Below the pieces are notes generated by a model, which did not search any database, was not told the DNA's origin, and saw only the letters and a list, made by a program, of their open reading frames with translations. Below, in pieces: positions 1 to 14,396 of a stretch of DNA of 64,000 bases; positions within the stretch are counted from its first letter, which is position 1; every line of letters begins with the position of its first letter. Location of the stretch: assembly GCA_951406725.2 (NCBI GenBank), contig OX597815.1, forward strand, positions 11,470,001-11,534,000. Reading direction: 5' to 3'. The position numbers and the translations under genes were made by a program. This DNA comes from Octopus vulgaris (lineage: Eukaryota).

Positions 1-519
1 AGAACTTCGAATGTAAAGATATACGATTGAATACTACTTGAGACGTTTCGCTGATTCTAAATAAATATCATATGAAAGCCTGGAGATTTCTCTGCGTTTT
101 AAAGAATATATCATCTAAAACCTACTTTGTGTTCCTAAAATATCGGAGCTAAGCAAAATTACTTCTTTTAAGTTATCATATCTGGTACTTTTCAGATATG
201 CCCTAAGGTTTCTAATTCGATAACCTTGCGCAGCTGTCTTCTAATATTTTGGGTCCACCAGAGATGTGTAATGGTAACTTGGGACAGAAAACTATGTCGA
301 AGACAGTTGGTGGGAACATTCGAAGAGTGCATTGCAATCATTCGCACTACGTCTCTGGTTAGAGATTGGCTTCCAATCTTTCTTCCACTAGTCATGGAAG
401 TGCTAAAAACAATCACAAGGGTTTCCTTTTCTCTTCTGATTGAGCCATATATCATGTCTTCAGACATGAACATTCACCCCCTCTATCTCACACATGATTT
501 AGTATGTGAATGAATCGTT

Positions 520-900
520 ACTACTGCAGCCAATATTCAAGTCTATCGAGTAACTTCTCACCTTGTTTTGCCCAGTATTTTCTGTCCTCTCGTTGCCTGG
601 TTGTCACGCAAGTGATTAAGCTTTGAGTTCTTATATGTTCTATAAACGCAGTGGGTTATCTCCACATAAACTTTAGAAACTTTCTTTTGTTCTCCGCTCT
701 TCTGAAAACTTTGACTTATTTTATTCTATTTATATAGTACGTTATATGAATTCGCAGAGGAGACCACATCGCTGCAGGACCTGCAAATGCTTATACATAT
801 TTCCTAAGTTTCCTGGTCGCACAACCATATTTTACAATGGGTTCCGTAATTGCTCCTTGAAATACTTTCTTTATTGTTATTGTTAATGTACTGTTAATGC
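520..900 (-). mobile_element. Highly degraded LINE 3' fragment, probably RTE-type
   Basis: Minus-strand fragments such as KVFQGAITEPIVKYGC resemble RTE ORF C-terminal motifs; many stops and frameshifts. Confidence 0.35.
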
Positions 901-1139
901 ATTTGGCAATATATATGTTTGAGCAAGAGTGAAGTCAAGCGGCGTAGTGGTTGGGAAGTTTCGACTCACATATAAAAAAATCGTGGAATCAATTAATTTC
1001 TGGGCCTACCAATGTCTTGTATACTTAAGTGATGTACGTAATTTCTCGTTACCTGTCAATTGCTGCTGCAGACTTCTCCCCCACCATTTTGGTCGAGTCA
1101 GTTCCTTGATTTATATATATGTATGTAAACCTAAATAGT

Positions 1140-2970
1140 ATGTTTCGGCTCAATGTTGGCCCAGGTCAGGTCTAGCTTAATAGCAACACTTGATAGGATC
1201 TGTTAAGTCATTTTAAATTCCAGTTTTGTGGTATCATGGTCCATTCATGTAGAGAGATGTTGATCACTGTGATGTGTCTAGGTGTAGGTGGCTCTTCTGA
1301 TATTCCTTGAAGAAATTTGTCCAAGTCTCCTTTGAAGGTGATGGGATCTTTTTCTTCTTTGATAGGGCAGGACCTGCTGAGGGAAAGAAATTGTATTGCA
1401 GTGAAATTATTTGTTGTAAATCTGAATTGTGTAGGGGAAGTAAGACACATGACCCTAGCTAGGATGATTTCTGAAACTGATGTTAAGGTGATTGCGCAAC
1501 GATGTTTGTACATTCTCCACATGATACAAATTATATGTTGCTCACTGCAAACCACAAGGGAATAAAGTTTTATGTTTAAGGTGGTCCCAATAATCAGGAT
1601 CAATCATACCTTTTATTTCTTGTAGTGATTACTCTCTAGGGTGACTTCTCAGTGTTTTCTTTGGTGTGTGGAGACCATAGAGGAAACATTATTCTAGGCG
1701 TGGCTGTACAAACGAAGGGAAAAAAGGGAATGAGGAAATCTTTCTCTCTGGACCGCAAAGTTCTGAGGACCCAAGAGCTCATCCTGCAACTTATTTGTAC
1801 GTGTGAGCACTCCAGCCGAGATTATTGTCAGTAATTACCCCTAAGTCACCGATATTATTGGATGCTGTGAGTAGTTACCCGAATGAAGAGAATAAGGATG
1901 TTCGACGCAGTGGTTTTTCCAAATTGCATAAATTCAAATTTTCCCTCATTAACCTCATCTTGTATTTGTCCGCCCATTGGCTTACAGCATGTAGATCAGA
2001 GTGGGGTTCAGTTCTCCATTGATAATGCTCTAGAGCTCGGCGTCATATACAAATATTTTTGTGTTACTGTGAGATATATCAACATATTATCAGAGATAAT
2101 ATGTTGGGATTTTATTTCGTTTACATCCCTTGAGTCAATACCAGAGGCATCAGTAACGAAAAAAACACTATTGTTTCTATCGTACTACGGGCATTTCTTT
2201 AGAAACCTGATAGAGAATTATGTTATCATCTATCAAGGACCCATCGGTTGGGGTAACTGTCCTATGCTTGTTAGCATACGAATAGATCACATTTGGGTTC
2301 TGTCTGATCTTTTGGTATATACCCAATTTTCCTCTGCAACTCTTTGATAGTCGTTGTAGGTTTCCAAGCTGTCTGCAGGTGATATTTTTCTAATGTAAGC
2401 CTCCTTTTGTCTGTTAAATTTGATGTTGTTAGTGGTAGTATCTTAATTGCTTGATGTTGTTATATTGAGTATTTACGATTCTTCTGGTGATAGTTTGTTC
2501 TCCCTTGGGAGCGTATTGTGTGTTTCGTCGGAGCGTGTTTTGAATATTCATAAATGACAATATGCTCAAAATTCTGACATGTTTTCCAGTATCTACCTGT
2601 TGTATGGAAGTTCGAATTTCTGAGATAAGTCTGAGTGGAATGAGGTCACATGACGAAACAAAAGTGGGCACTATTTTCAGCTGGATAACGCATTATTGAG
2701 GTTACAACTCACTGGTGCCATGGAGTTAGAGGGTGCTCTAAACTCATTGACCAGAATAGCTTCTAGCCGTTCCATGTGTGTATTACACGTTATAGAGTGT
2801 TCTCGTGATATCTGATTTTATTCTCGATAATTTTATATGTTCCGTAAAAAGACTGCGAAGCTATTCTTTCAGCGATGTTATTGTAAATATGGTTGTTTCA
2901 CCGTCCTTAGGGTACATAACCCAACATTTATTAGAGCACTAATTTTATTTTCTACCCAATGGCATTTTAA
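1140..2970 (-). mobile_element. Degraded CR1-group LINE (ORF2 linker, RT C-terminal part and 3' end)
   Basis: Frameshift-corrected minus-strand reads: KIRQNPNVIYSYANK, SDLHAVSQWADKYKM, DLGVITDNNLGWSAH, WVLRTLRSRE, PRLE*..LWSP, FKGDLDKFLQGISEEP; related to the LINE at 33.5-34.7 kb. Confidence 0.8.
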
Positions 2971-3071
2971 CTATACAATATATATATAGAGTCAAAACAA
3001 AGGCTCGAACCTAATCGCGATTAAACAAAAAAAAAACATTTAACAAAAGTAGAAACAGCAGCGATACAATA

Positions 3072-3295
3072 GAGGCGCAATGGCCTAGTGGTTAGGGCAG
3101 CGGACTCGCGGTTGCAGGATCGCGGTTTCGATTCTCACACTGGGCGTTGTGTGTGTTTAATGAACGAAAACACCTAAAAGCTCTACGAGGCTCCGGCAGG
3201 GGGTGGTGATCCCTGCTGTACTCTTTCACCACAATGGCGGTGCCCCAGCATGGCCACAGCTCAAGAGCTGAAACTGGAAAAAAAAAAAAAAAAAA
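3072..3295 (+). mobile_element. tRNA-derived SINE family C, short form with CR1-derived 3' tail
   Basis: Pol III A box (tggcctagtgg) and B-box-like ggtttcgattc; tail ggcggtgccccagcatggccacagctcaagagctgaaac plus poly-A; homologues at 25536 and 29770. Confidence 0.85.
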
Positions 3296-3529
3296 CAAAA
3301 CAAACAAAATAGACCCTGGAAGCTAAAGTTTCTCTTGTAGGAAGAAGTCTTATTGCAGCGCATAGAAAATTGCTAGTAACTCAATTTCAAGGAATTTAGA
3401 TGAGTTCTAGGCCACAGAAGTCAGATGAAATATTTGACATATTGAATTATAAGCAAAAAGAGATTATAACAGCTTTGTGTGCTGTTGTTAAATCGTTAAA
3501 ATGTCTTTTCCTCGATATGAATTTAATTT

Positions 3530-3942
3530 ACTCTTTACTCTCTTTTACTCTTTTACTTGTTTCAGTCATTTGACTGCGGCCATGCTGGAGCACCGCCTTT
3601 TTAGTCGAGCAAATCGACCCCGGGACTTATTCTTTGTAAGCCCAGTACTTATTCTATCGGTCTCTTTTGCCGAACCGCTAAGTGACGGGGACGTAAACAC
3701 ACCAGCATCGGTTGTCAAGCAATGCTAGGGGGATAAACACAAGCACACACACACATACATATATATATATACATATATACGACAGGCTTCTTTCAGTTTC
3801 CGTCTACCAAATCCACTCACAAGGCATTGATCGGCCCGGGGCTATAACAGAAGACACTTGCCCAAGATGCCACGCAGTGGGACTGAACCCAGAACCATGT
3901 GGCTGGTTAGCAAGCTACTTACCACACACCCACTCCTGTGCC
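3530..3942 (-). mobile_element. tRNA-derived CORE-type SINE family A (OR2-like, name from memory)
   Basis: Minus strand: ggcacaggagtgg..gtggtaag, gggttcagtccc, CORE-like cttgggcaagtgtc, internal (TA/TG)n, tail ending (gtaaaaga)n; near-identical copy at 7607-8016. Confidence 0.9.
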
Positions 3943-4254
3943 TATTTGCTAATAATAAATTAGTGAAGGCAACTCTTTGAAACATTGAGCGAATTCTGAA
4001 GGTTTTGTGTTTAGTTATTCTTATTTAACTAAAAAAGTAGTTACGTTAACCATTCAGACGTAATCAAATAGTGCATATTAGACTACATTAGTCAATATGC
4101 CTATCCCTTTTGAAAAGATAGTTTGGTACCATTGAGGTTCGGCGACTGTTTGTATGAAGATGCATGATCGCGCATTGGTTTCTTTACTGGCTGCTATCTG
4201 TCATAAAGACATAGATATATCTTAAAATCGTTATGCCATTAAAATCATATATAT

Positions 4255-4666
4255 TGCTTTACTGCCCACAAGGGGCTAAACATAGAGGGAACAAACAAGG
4301 ACAGGCAAAGGGATTAAGTCGATTACATCAACCTCAGTGCGAAACTGGTACTTTATTTATCGACCCCGGAAGGATTTTAGGCAAAGTCGACCTCGGCGGA
4401 ATTTGAACTCGGAACGTAACGACAAACGAAATACCTATTTCTTTATTACCCACAAGGGGCAAAACATAGAGAGGACAAACAAGGATAGACAAACGGATTA
4501 AGTCGATTACATCGACCACAGTGAGTAACTGGTACTTAATTAATCGACCCCGAAAGGTTGAAAGGCAAAGTCCACCTCGGCGGAATTTGAATTCAGAACG
4601 TAACGACAGACGAAATAGCTCTAAGCATTTCGCCCGGCGTGCTAACGTTTCTGCCAGCTCGCCGCC
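4255..4666 (-). mobile_element. tRNA-derived Nin/Deu-domain SINE family B (OR1-like), head-to-tail dimer
   Basis: Head ggcggcgagctggcagaaacgttagc; two copies of the Nin/Deu-like block gactttgcct..tcc/acct..cggggtcgat..aagtaccag. Confidence 0.88.
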
Positions 4667-5243
4667 CATGTCATGAAAATTATATATCAAGTGACAAGTC
4701 AGTGTAATTGCACCCATTCTACTTGAATATACCACGAGCGAAATTACACGTATGTAAGTTACTAAAATTTATGTGCGAAAAGAAATAGGAAGTTGTGACA
4801 AATTTTCTATCTGTTGAGTGTATTAATTTAACATGTGAGTGTGTGTGGCTATGTATTTGGAATTCGAATACTTTCTGAGTTAAAAATATTCTATTGAGGT
4901 CATCATTGCTTTTCACTGATTCTCGGTCGATCGAAAATAGGCAACTGCCTTATTTTTGGTACAGAGAAACTTTACAAAGGAACTATTCGTGTGACTTTAG
5001 TTTTAGTTTAAACGTTTGTGGACGTATGATAGTATGAAAATCACCATGTAAGCTGAATAATCGATTCTGATTTGTGAAAATTTCAATCAGAATCATAATC
5101 TCACTTTGCCCCCTGTAAAATATGATATGAACCAGGTATATAACCTGCCCCCCATTTACATAGAGAGAGAAATGATGCTAAAATCTTTATGATTTGCTTT
5201 CAGTAGTAGCAAAGAAAGTGAATCAAAATGACTTTAGTTGAGA

Positions 5244-5629
5244 CTAGCAGTATCGCCCGGCGTTGCTCGGGTTTGTTTCGACCATTTAGAATTTGAACTT
5301 TTGAAAAGTAAAAGTTTTGCATTATGTAGCTTGTTATTCTCTTTAAGTGAACATTTTTTCTGGTTGAAATACACCGAAAAATGGCGACACAGCAGTCAAA
5401 AAATTGTAAAAAACAGGGATTTTCATACTAAAAAAGCACCTTTTTGATGTAAATAATTTTTGGTGTTAGCATGTTCCGATTTGAAGTTTATCTCCTACGG
5501 CTGGAAGAGCAAGTCTTCTATCATATTTTCAATTTTGGTCAACTTGCGCCGCAGGGTCTCGGAGGAGATAGTGTTAGTTGAAGGCTACCAAACCTGCCAT
5601 ACACAGACAACTTCGGCTTAATAGAGAGA
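5244..5629 (-). mobile_element. Non-autonomous Helitron-like element
   Basis: Minus strand begins TC and ends with hairpin cccgagcaacgccggg then CTAG, inserted between A and T; same 3' end as 22272-22666. Confidence 0.75.
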
Positions 5630-6853
5630 TTAGAAATGAAGTTCATTGATCCCGTTTATCGGTGTCTCAATTAGACAGTACGTTACTCACAGCAATTGCA
5701 CTAAAATGCTGGAAGATAAATAATCAAGGTAACAGTAATGAGAAGCTTCACTGCATCTGAAAGTTGCTTTTGTAAAACTGGAAGCTTTTCTATGAACGAT
5801 GCAAACAGAAGAAGACGACCTGCTAAATGTATCTTAAATTTTGCTGGCTTTTTGTATGAGTCTGGCAAAGAAATGAATCATTTGTAACATTTAATTTCTA
5901 CCGTTACGACACACGTATTACCTAACGGAATATAGCGCTTTTGCCACAGAGTCTAATGAATTATTTTACCAATAATTTTCTCCGCAATAAACCACATAGG
6001 GAACTTTCTTTGCGAACACAGCTTAATCCTTGAAAGTAATTTTCATGTGTTATGTTAACACGTTAGAGATGAAACAGCGAATAAACTTGGAAACCCTTAT
6101 ACAAATCAAATATTCTGAGATGTTTTCATTGTTCTCCCTTTTGAATGTTTTGGAATTTTAAGAACATTTCTGTATGAAGTTAAAATATAATCATGTTATA
6201 AATATTCAAGGAATTGCTAATACAATTCATTTGTTCCATTTTAACTCATGTTTCAAATTATAGATTTATGAACTGTTAATTGATTTTGTTATTTATTCTA
6301 AACCCTTGTGGCCAATAAAGAAATAGTTATTTATTCTAATCACATTTCTCTGATTGTCACTTAGTTTCTCAGAAGAAAAAAAAAAACTGGAAACAAATGA
6401 AACCTAATGAAGTTCGTCAAACATGTAAAGCCATTAGTTTTTCTTTCTCTTATCTCGTAGTGCAGATGAATAACAGAATAAACCGTGCGCATCTCCAATC
6501 CAAATGTCAAAAGCAGCTGATAATGAAAGGAAATAAAAAGTGAACATTTCATGAATTGCTTGAATACAAAATAAGAAGACGCACAACATCAAAATTAAAT
6601 CATATAAAATTTAAAACACAATGGAAAATTACAAAAAATAATGAACCACAACAAAGGATAACAAATGATTCAGTAAAGTACTGAACGCTTTAATTTAACT
6701 GACTGCTTTTTAAAACAGTGTTTATCTTCAAATAACAACAAGTGCAGTTCATATTTAATCTATATCCTTCACAAATTCACTTACACTCCACTACACTCTG
6801 TGTATGCGCTCTGTAAATAATAGATCTAATGATACATACATACCTACATGAAT

Positions 6854-7055
6854 TGCCATGATAGATCGTTAGCCACTACACACATTTTTTCTCTCCTTGT
6901 TCCTCTCCTTGTTTTTTCTGTGTCCCTTTCTGTAGAAGAGCGTAGGCTGGAAATGTAAAAGACTTTTTTCTATTCCAGAGCGTTATACTAATACATCTAT
7001 TTGTTTTGTACACCACCTGTCTTCGTCTTTTGGTTTTTTTTTGTAAACTCTCCCT

Positions 7056-7056
<1 letters not shown>
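6854..7056 (+). mobile_element. About 200 bp Penelope pLTR-like element with minimal HHR-like motif (family H1)
   Basis: Same termini and sequence as 31069-31261 and 38786-38978; ttt CTGTAGA a gagc-gtag-gctg GAAA t GTA aaa at 6926-6961 (mutated copy). Confidence 0.7.
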
Positions 7057-7111
<55 letters not shown>

Positions 7112-7606
7112 CTTCACCGATCATATGATGTTGGCAAAAATGTATTTTTTCTTTAAGACCAGGTAAGTTGATTTTCTACTAATCTCAAGTATAACCCACA
7201 TTAAATCACTGATGTAGGATGATCCTGCTGCTACATATACAGAAACTGAATATCCCCAATGAAGTATCATCAGACAGGTAAAGATTAACTCAACAGCCTT
7301 GTACTACGAACTGACTGACAGACGCATTACCTTCGCTGTATCTCTTTGTCTTTCTCTTACAAAACTTTCAAGAGCTTAAGATTTCCTCACATCGAAGTTC
7401 ACTTGATACACGTTTTGTTTCTTTTATCATCTTTCTACAAATTTCACAATCTTCAGCTCTTCCTCATGGTATCAAACCGATCAATCTACCTTGGCAGGGA
7501 TGAAGTTGATACTTCCTTCATCTCAAAATAGATTGAAGTGTAAATATCAATGTGTGCTGCTCAGTGAAATTTTCTCCACTTTTTATTCTAATTTTCATTA
7601 TCACAT

Positions 7607-8016
7607 ACTCTCTTTTACTCTTTTACTTGTTTCAGTCATTTGACTGCGGCCATGCTGGAGCACCGCCTTTAATCGAGCGACTCGACCCCGGGACTTATTC
7701 TTTTGTAAGCCCAGTACTTATTCTATCGGTATCTTTTTGCCGAACCGCTAAGTAACGGGGACATAAACACACCAGCATTGGTTGTCAAGCAATGCTAGGG
7801 GGACAAACACAGACACACAAACATACACACACACATATATATATACATATATACGACGGGCTTCTTTCAGTTTCCGTCTACCAAATCCACTCACAAGGCC
7901 TTGGTCGGCCCGAGGCTATAGTAGAAGACACTTGCCCAAGGTGCCACGCAGTGGGACTGAACCCGGAACCATGTGGTTGGTAAGCAAGGTACTTACCACA
8001 CAGTCACTCCTGCGCC
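7607..8016 (-). mobile_element. CORE-type SINE family A (OR2-like)
   Basis: Full-length copy highly similar to 3530-3942. Confidence 0.9.
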
Positions 8017-8530
8017 TATAGCTGCATTTCTTCAATAAGTTTAAAAAAGAGGCGTCCCACACTGTTAAAATGCCTTTTCTGTTCATCAACATTTGTCTTG
8101 TACATTTCATAGAGCGAAAGGTTGCACGAAAAATGTTACATTGTAATTAACAGTGAATTTGACGATAAACAGAATTAAACCAGTTTGCCGAAATCTAATA
8201 ATCGTTGCAATACTAACTTGTGAGTCGTTTACCTTTATCTAACTTTTAATTTCTTTAGTGATTCTTTAAATTTGCATAAATGGAGTGAATTGCCTTCCCA
8301 TGAAAATTGGAAGCAAGTTAAAGTCAACTGGTGTTTATCAGGTTCATCGATACCTCCCCCCCCGCTTCATGTGCTGTGCGCACGTATCGACGAACATGGA
8401 TAGCTACCCTTTCAACCTCACTCATTACTTTGTTATTGTTCCGGTCTTTCTCTAATCAACTTGTAAATCCATTGATTATCTTGTTTTCACCGTTTCTTTC
8501 AATCAAATCCTTAGTGATCACCAAAAGTTC

Positions 8531-9077
8531 AAAGTTTCCCTCCCTATATGTTGTCTAATGAACTTAACAAGTCTTCTTATATCACTAAGAATATTTCGTT
8601 CGTTTCTGCTCGGAGAAGGACTTCAAAGTGTGTTATATTTAATATTTAATTCTTCCAGAGTTGATTAAATAAAGTACCAGCCAAATAGTAGTGACTCTAT
8701 TCCTATGAACGATCAATAGTACTAGAAAAAAAATGTAATAGAAATTATAAAGAACCTGGACAAGCGATAAGAAGTCCTGCTTTGACGCTTGGTTTCAAGA
8801 CGATTGGTATCGGCAATGATGCTTCATTACATGACCGCATGGTTTAGTGGAGAAAGTGAAGAAGAAAACCGGTTTTTGTACAGGCTACAGAGACTTGGTC
8901 TGAATACTTCCAACAGAGTGATTGTTCAGGGTACCAGACAGTACTGTTAAACTGGGCTAGAGAGCTAGTGTACAACTCAAGAAGAAATGCAGCCCTTCAA
9001 AGTTTCCCTTCCTATATGTTGTCTAATGAACTTAACAAGTTTTCTTATATCACTAAGAAGGTTCCGTTCGTTTCTGC
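8531..9077 (+). repeat. About 80 bp direct repeat pair (8531-8609 and 8997-9077)
   Basis: caaagtttccct.cctatatgttgtctaatgaacttaacaagt.ttcttatatcactaagaa...cgttcgtttctgc occurs twice. Confidence 0.85.
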
Positions 9078-12000
9078 ATGGTGACATGTGAACGATATCA
9101 ATGGCATAACTTAAATTATGAAATATGGGAAATGTAATATGCAAAAAGTGCAGAAAATATTACACGAAATTGTATATTGAAGACGTCTGGTTTCAAAGAT
9201 ATCTAACATAAAACTCGTTGAGATTAAACTAAGATATTACAGATTAGAACTAGATATTCACAGACTCAAAATTTTGAACTCACTCATTTGGAATAAGATT
9301 TTATGCCATAGTAATTACCGATAACGGTAATGATGCTATTTATCCAAATTTTCTGTGCAGCCATATATCTTGTACGATTAAGAGATATTCAACATTTAAT
9401 GTACAAGATGCTAGTCTATCTCAGGAAACGTTTAAAACTAAATCTACTCATTATTTCTTATAGGTCTGTAAAGTAAAGCATACTGGCACAATGAAATTCG
9501 TAGAACAGATTTTTGGCAAAATTCCTAAGTCAACGTGCTGTAACATGGAGACATTAAACACACAGTAACGGATCACTGAATTGCAAACTAACGAAATTGC
9601 TGCAGGTCATTTGAGGCATTACAAAACTGAAAGGGAAAAATGAAAATGAAAGGAGTAAAAAAAAAAAACCTCATAAATTTCACTGTCAAAATCTTGTTTT
9701 ATTTTGTGGTAGGATACCATAGGATGCTGAATCCGGTAGTGTTTATGGCTAAATTGTAACTTCTCGAAACAGAAATGGAAAATCTAAGACTTTCGTTTAG
9801 GTTTCCAAGACAAAACTATAGAATGATTATATATTACAGAACATCACTTTCCCCTCTATGCATTACTGATATTAATGAGGCTTTCAACGATTTGCCTTCA
9901 ATGGTTTTCGTTCCGATTTAAATTGATAGACATAGCAAGTTTTATCCTGCAGAACATTTGGCGCGGAAAGTGTTCAGAAAATGACTTCTATTTTCGAATG
10001 CATTTGGTTAGTAATATTCAATAGGCTATTACTTGCTCCGATAGCAAAACCGTACACAATCCTGCACTGGATATAAATTCTACAGGAGAAATAATAATAG
10101 ATCAAGAGGGAAATGACGACATAGAGAGACATAATGTTGTATGAAAATAGAGAAAGAGAGAAGAGAATGAGAGGAAGTGCAGAGGTGAGTGAATGATAAA
10201 TTATATTTACTCTGAAAGTAATACATATACTTCTCTTCGTCTTTATAAACCCCGTATTTATATAAATGCGTAAATATAATTTCACACACACACACACACA
10301 CATACACATACTCACACACACACATACACACACACACACACACACACTCACATACACACACACACAAATATGATGCGGGAAACCGAGTATGGGAAGTTTC
10401 TCAGCTTCAAACAGTAAGTGGCTGGTATAGAGAACAAAAAGTGAACAGTATACGATAAGAAACAATAATTTATTGGCATCGAGTTACGTACTTTTCTCTA
10501 TATCGAAGTTGTTGCGAGTTTCTATACAGTTCATTGTTAGCAACAAATACACTGCTAAAATTGCGAACAGAAAATCCAAATCGAGTGAACGGAACAGGTA
10601 AAATGAACGCTACATATGTTTCTTAAAAAGCTGAAGCTCATGATGCAATAATTATGCAATGAAATCTGACCAACATATCTAATCATCAGGCTGAGATTAT
10701 CTTAATGAAGATTACATTGTTGTGTGGAAATTCAAAGTCAGCCACAACACAATAATGAGTTCAGGTGAACTTACCATTGTGTTCTCTCGTTCTTTCTAAC
10801 TTTTGTAGATAGGTTGATGCCTATGTGTCATATGCTTCGATGTCATGGCTGGAACTGAAATGGAAAGCACCCCTCAGCTGACACCCTGCAATGTTAAAAA
10901 TCAAGGGACATAGATAACTTAGTACTACATAAAATATACATTGAAAATATGTCACAACTTTCACAACTGGATTGATTTTAATCGTCGCTCTACTCGATAT
11001 GGGCTCACTTAATGCAAAGCATCAATAAACACTTAGGGATTTGTGGGTTTCTCAGCTTCTTAGCACTTAGAATAAATTACTTGTTAACGTGTTCAGTGTG
11101 GTTTATTTGGAATGGGACATGAGAAACAAAGAAAGAAGATGTTTGAGCGGAAGTAAGGAGCTTTGTTTAGATAGGTGTGGTTTGCAAATTTTCGTTTACA
11201 AAGTTGTAAAGAGAGAAGGGAATAGAGAAAGCGACAGAAAGAGCGCAGGAGAAAAAGAGAAATAGATGCAAAAAGGGAAACAACGAGAGGTGAGAGAAGG
11301 AGAGAGAGAGAGCGGGGGGAGAGAAAGAGAGAAAAGGAAGGAGAGAGAGAGAGAGAAAGAGAACTAATGAAATTTACTTTTTATTCGTCTGTGACAAAGC
11401 ATTTGTAATGTCACGGTCTGAGAATTATTTACTACTCTACTGGATGGCGATTTTCTAGTTATGATTATCCTAATTTCTGCACAAAGAAACACCACAGCCC
11501 CGATAATAATTCTGCATTATGATATAATGTTTTCCCTTCAACTGTAAGAAAGAAGCTATACAATGTAAAAAGATTTAAATGAAATATTTTTGGATCATGC
11601 TTTCTGAAGAGCGTCGACAGTACAAGGAGAAGTGAACTGACTTTATCGGGTAATCAAATACATATGGTAGTGTTGAATCGCTTGGAGCCTACCATTTTCT
11701 CTGCTGTATTCACCACAGATGTCTTAGAAGTTTTGACGCCATATTCGAAAGTATTCTTTGTCAGTATTTAAATTTTCGTTTTTAATTTCTCTGTCATCGG
11801 ATTCAATTGTTAGCAGATTTTCAGAAACTGAAAATATTGAAAAAACTATTAAAGTCACAGAAGCAAATATTCTCAGTTTTGAACGTTCTGGGAACGGTTT
11901 TCATAACACAGTCTTGATTTCTACTTGCTTTCCTTTTTCTTAAATAAAATATAAAAGCAAATCACAAAACGATGAGACAACAACAACAACAATAATATCG

Positions 12001-13067
12001 GCAATAACGTTACCGCTGCAACCGACGACACCGGGAAAACAATAAAACAAAAAAAAAAAAAAAACAACAGCAACAACAACAACAATAACAAGGAAATACA
12101 AGCATCAAATAAAAAGTCAGAATTTACATGTGGAAAAACAGAAATCACGATGAAAAATAAAATAACTCCAACTGCAATGTCAGCAACAATATCAACCAAC
12201 ACAACAATCAATAAATACAAATAATGACAAAAATATGGAGAAAAATAAACGAACGAACTAACAAGAACAACAAACAAACAAAAAAATATATATTAAAGCA
12301 TTCTTTCTCATAAGGACCAATCTATCTTCAGAAAAAATTCGCGAGAAAGAAAATGTAAAAAAACGAGATATAAACAAAATGTTTCATATTTTGAAGCATA
12401 ATTCTTTGGCCTTCTCTCTCCTCTCCTCCCTCTACTCTCCCCCCTCTCTGCGTATATATGTGCATGAGTATGTGTGCGTATGTGTGTGTGTATATCTGCA
12501 CACATGCACACACACATTTATAGATACATACACATACACATACATATATATATAAGAAGAGACATAAATATTCATAAATACATATGAATGCACACACACA
12601 CACACATATACATAACACACACACACATATATATATACATGTATGTATAAATATATACGTGCATATACATTATACTAAGCCACACACACACATATATATA
12701 TATATACATGTATGTATAAATATATACGTGTATATACATATATACTAAGACACACACACACACACACACACATATATGCGTGTATGTGTGTGAGCCTCTG
12801 TGTGTATGTCTATAATCCATGATTTATCTAGCCAATGTGATTTTGTTCTATGTAACTTACATTCATAACCGCCATCTTTCATTACACGTTCAACTAATAA
12901 TATCTGTCAACGTTTAAGTTAATTTACTCATATTTCACTGGTTCTCAGCAAATTCTTTTGCAGAGTCTAGGTGTAGTTATATTTAATTTTATTTCAAGTT
13001 TTATAGCTTCGAAACAACCCGTTAACAGTATAGCACAGCAGTATCAGAAATGTATTGAGGGTGAGTG

Positions 13068-13130
<63 letters not shown>

Positions 13131-13424
13131 GAGAGAAAGAAAGACGCAGAAAGAAAGCGTGTGTGCATCGGATATATATATGTGTGTGTGTGTGTGTATA
13201 CATAAAAAATACTATATTAAGAAAACAGTATTATGCAATGCACATAAATATATATATATTTATAAAATTTGCATACCTGTGTGTAGCAATACAAGTTGTA
13301 AATATGTGAAAAGAATGTAAAAGAAGTTCAGACAAGATCCGTGGAGACGAACAGACACCTGCATGCATATATGTGTGCTGCGTGTGCGCATGCATACGTA
13401 TAAGTGCCCATATATAATATTATA

Positions 13425-13468
<44 letters not shown>

Positions 13469-14213
13469 ACAATTGTGCGAGCATCTGTAAACATATATAT
13501 GTATGTATATAAACTTGCATTGCATTGATAGACCAATAGTCAGTAATTTGTGATCGATACATGAATCAAATAGGAAGTGGATATCCTATCGTATTGATAA
13601 AGGCAGCCTAAATGTGTACTGAAAGAAATATAATATCAATTCTTTCTCATCAATATCATTTGTTCATTGAGTCGACAATATCATACGTAGTATATCTATC
13701 TATGATATTCGATTTCGGAAATGTCCGTTTGAAGCACAATAAAACGAGATAGTCTATTAAAATATTATTAGCCTACCAAACTGCACTAACATAAATAGTT
13801 ATGGTGGGGGTGGTGGTGCACATATGGTGAACCAGTCCAAACATCTAATCTGTCTCTAAGTTGAATAGAGCTTGCATCACGGAAGCATTATTAAGTATCT
13901 TATTTAATAGATCAGGTGGATGGCAAAGAAAGGAAATATTGGCCAGACAGGGAAAGTGTGTGTGTGTGTGTGGGGGGGGGACGCGAGCTCTGATAGATGT
14001 TGGATAGACACGTGGGCTGGTTTTGCGAAGGAATGCATCAAGTCCATTAAATCTATGCTGTGTATGACGGGTATTATTTTAGAAGACTATCAGGAATAGC
14101 ATTGAGCAAAGTCAATTGTAATGCTTATAATCAAAAACTGTAATTCTTTTGCGAAATTGGAATCTTTAGAGTTTACTATGACATTTATAAAAAAGTCTAA
14201 GATAGATACATTA

Positions 14214-14396
14214 TTTTCTACTCTAGGCACAAGGCCCGAAATATTGAGGGAGCGGGCCAGTTGATTAGATCGTCCCCGGTACGCAACAGGTACTTAATTT
14301 ATCGATCCCGAAAGATGAAAGGCAAAGTTGACCTCGGCGAAATACTGCTAAGCATTTCGCTCGGCGCGCTAACGATTCTGCCGGCTCGCCGCCTTC
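14214..14396 (-). mobile_element. SINE family B, short-tail variant
   Basis: Family B head and Nin block; tail gggccttgtgcctagagtagaaaa. Confidence 0.8.

Noticed and set aside
25-80. Minus-strand gcgaaacgtc resembling a minimal HHR 3' half
   Set aside because: No CUGANGA core or stem I partner upstream
3072-3145. tRNA gene
   Set aside because: tRNA-like head of a dispersed SINE continuing into SINE body and tail
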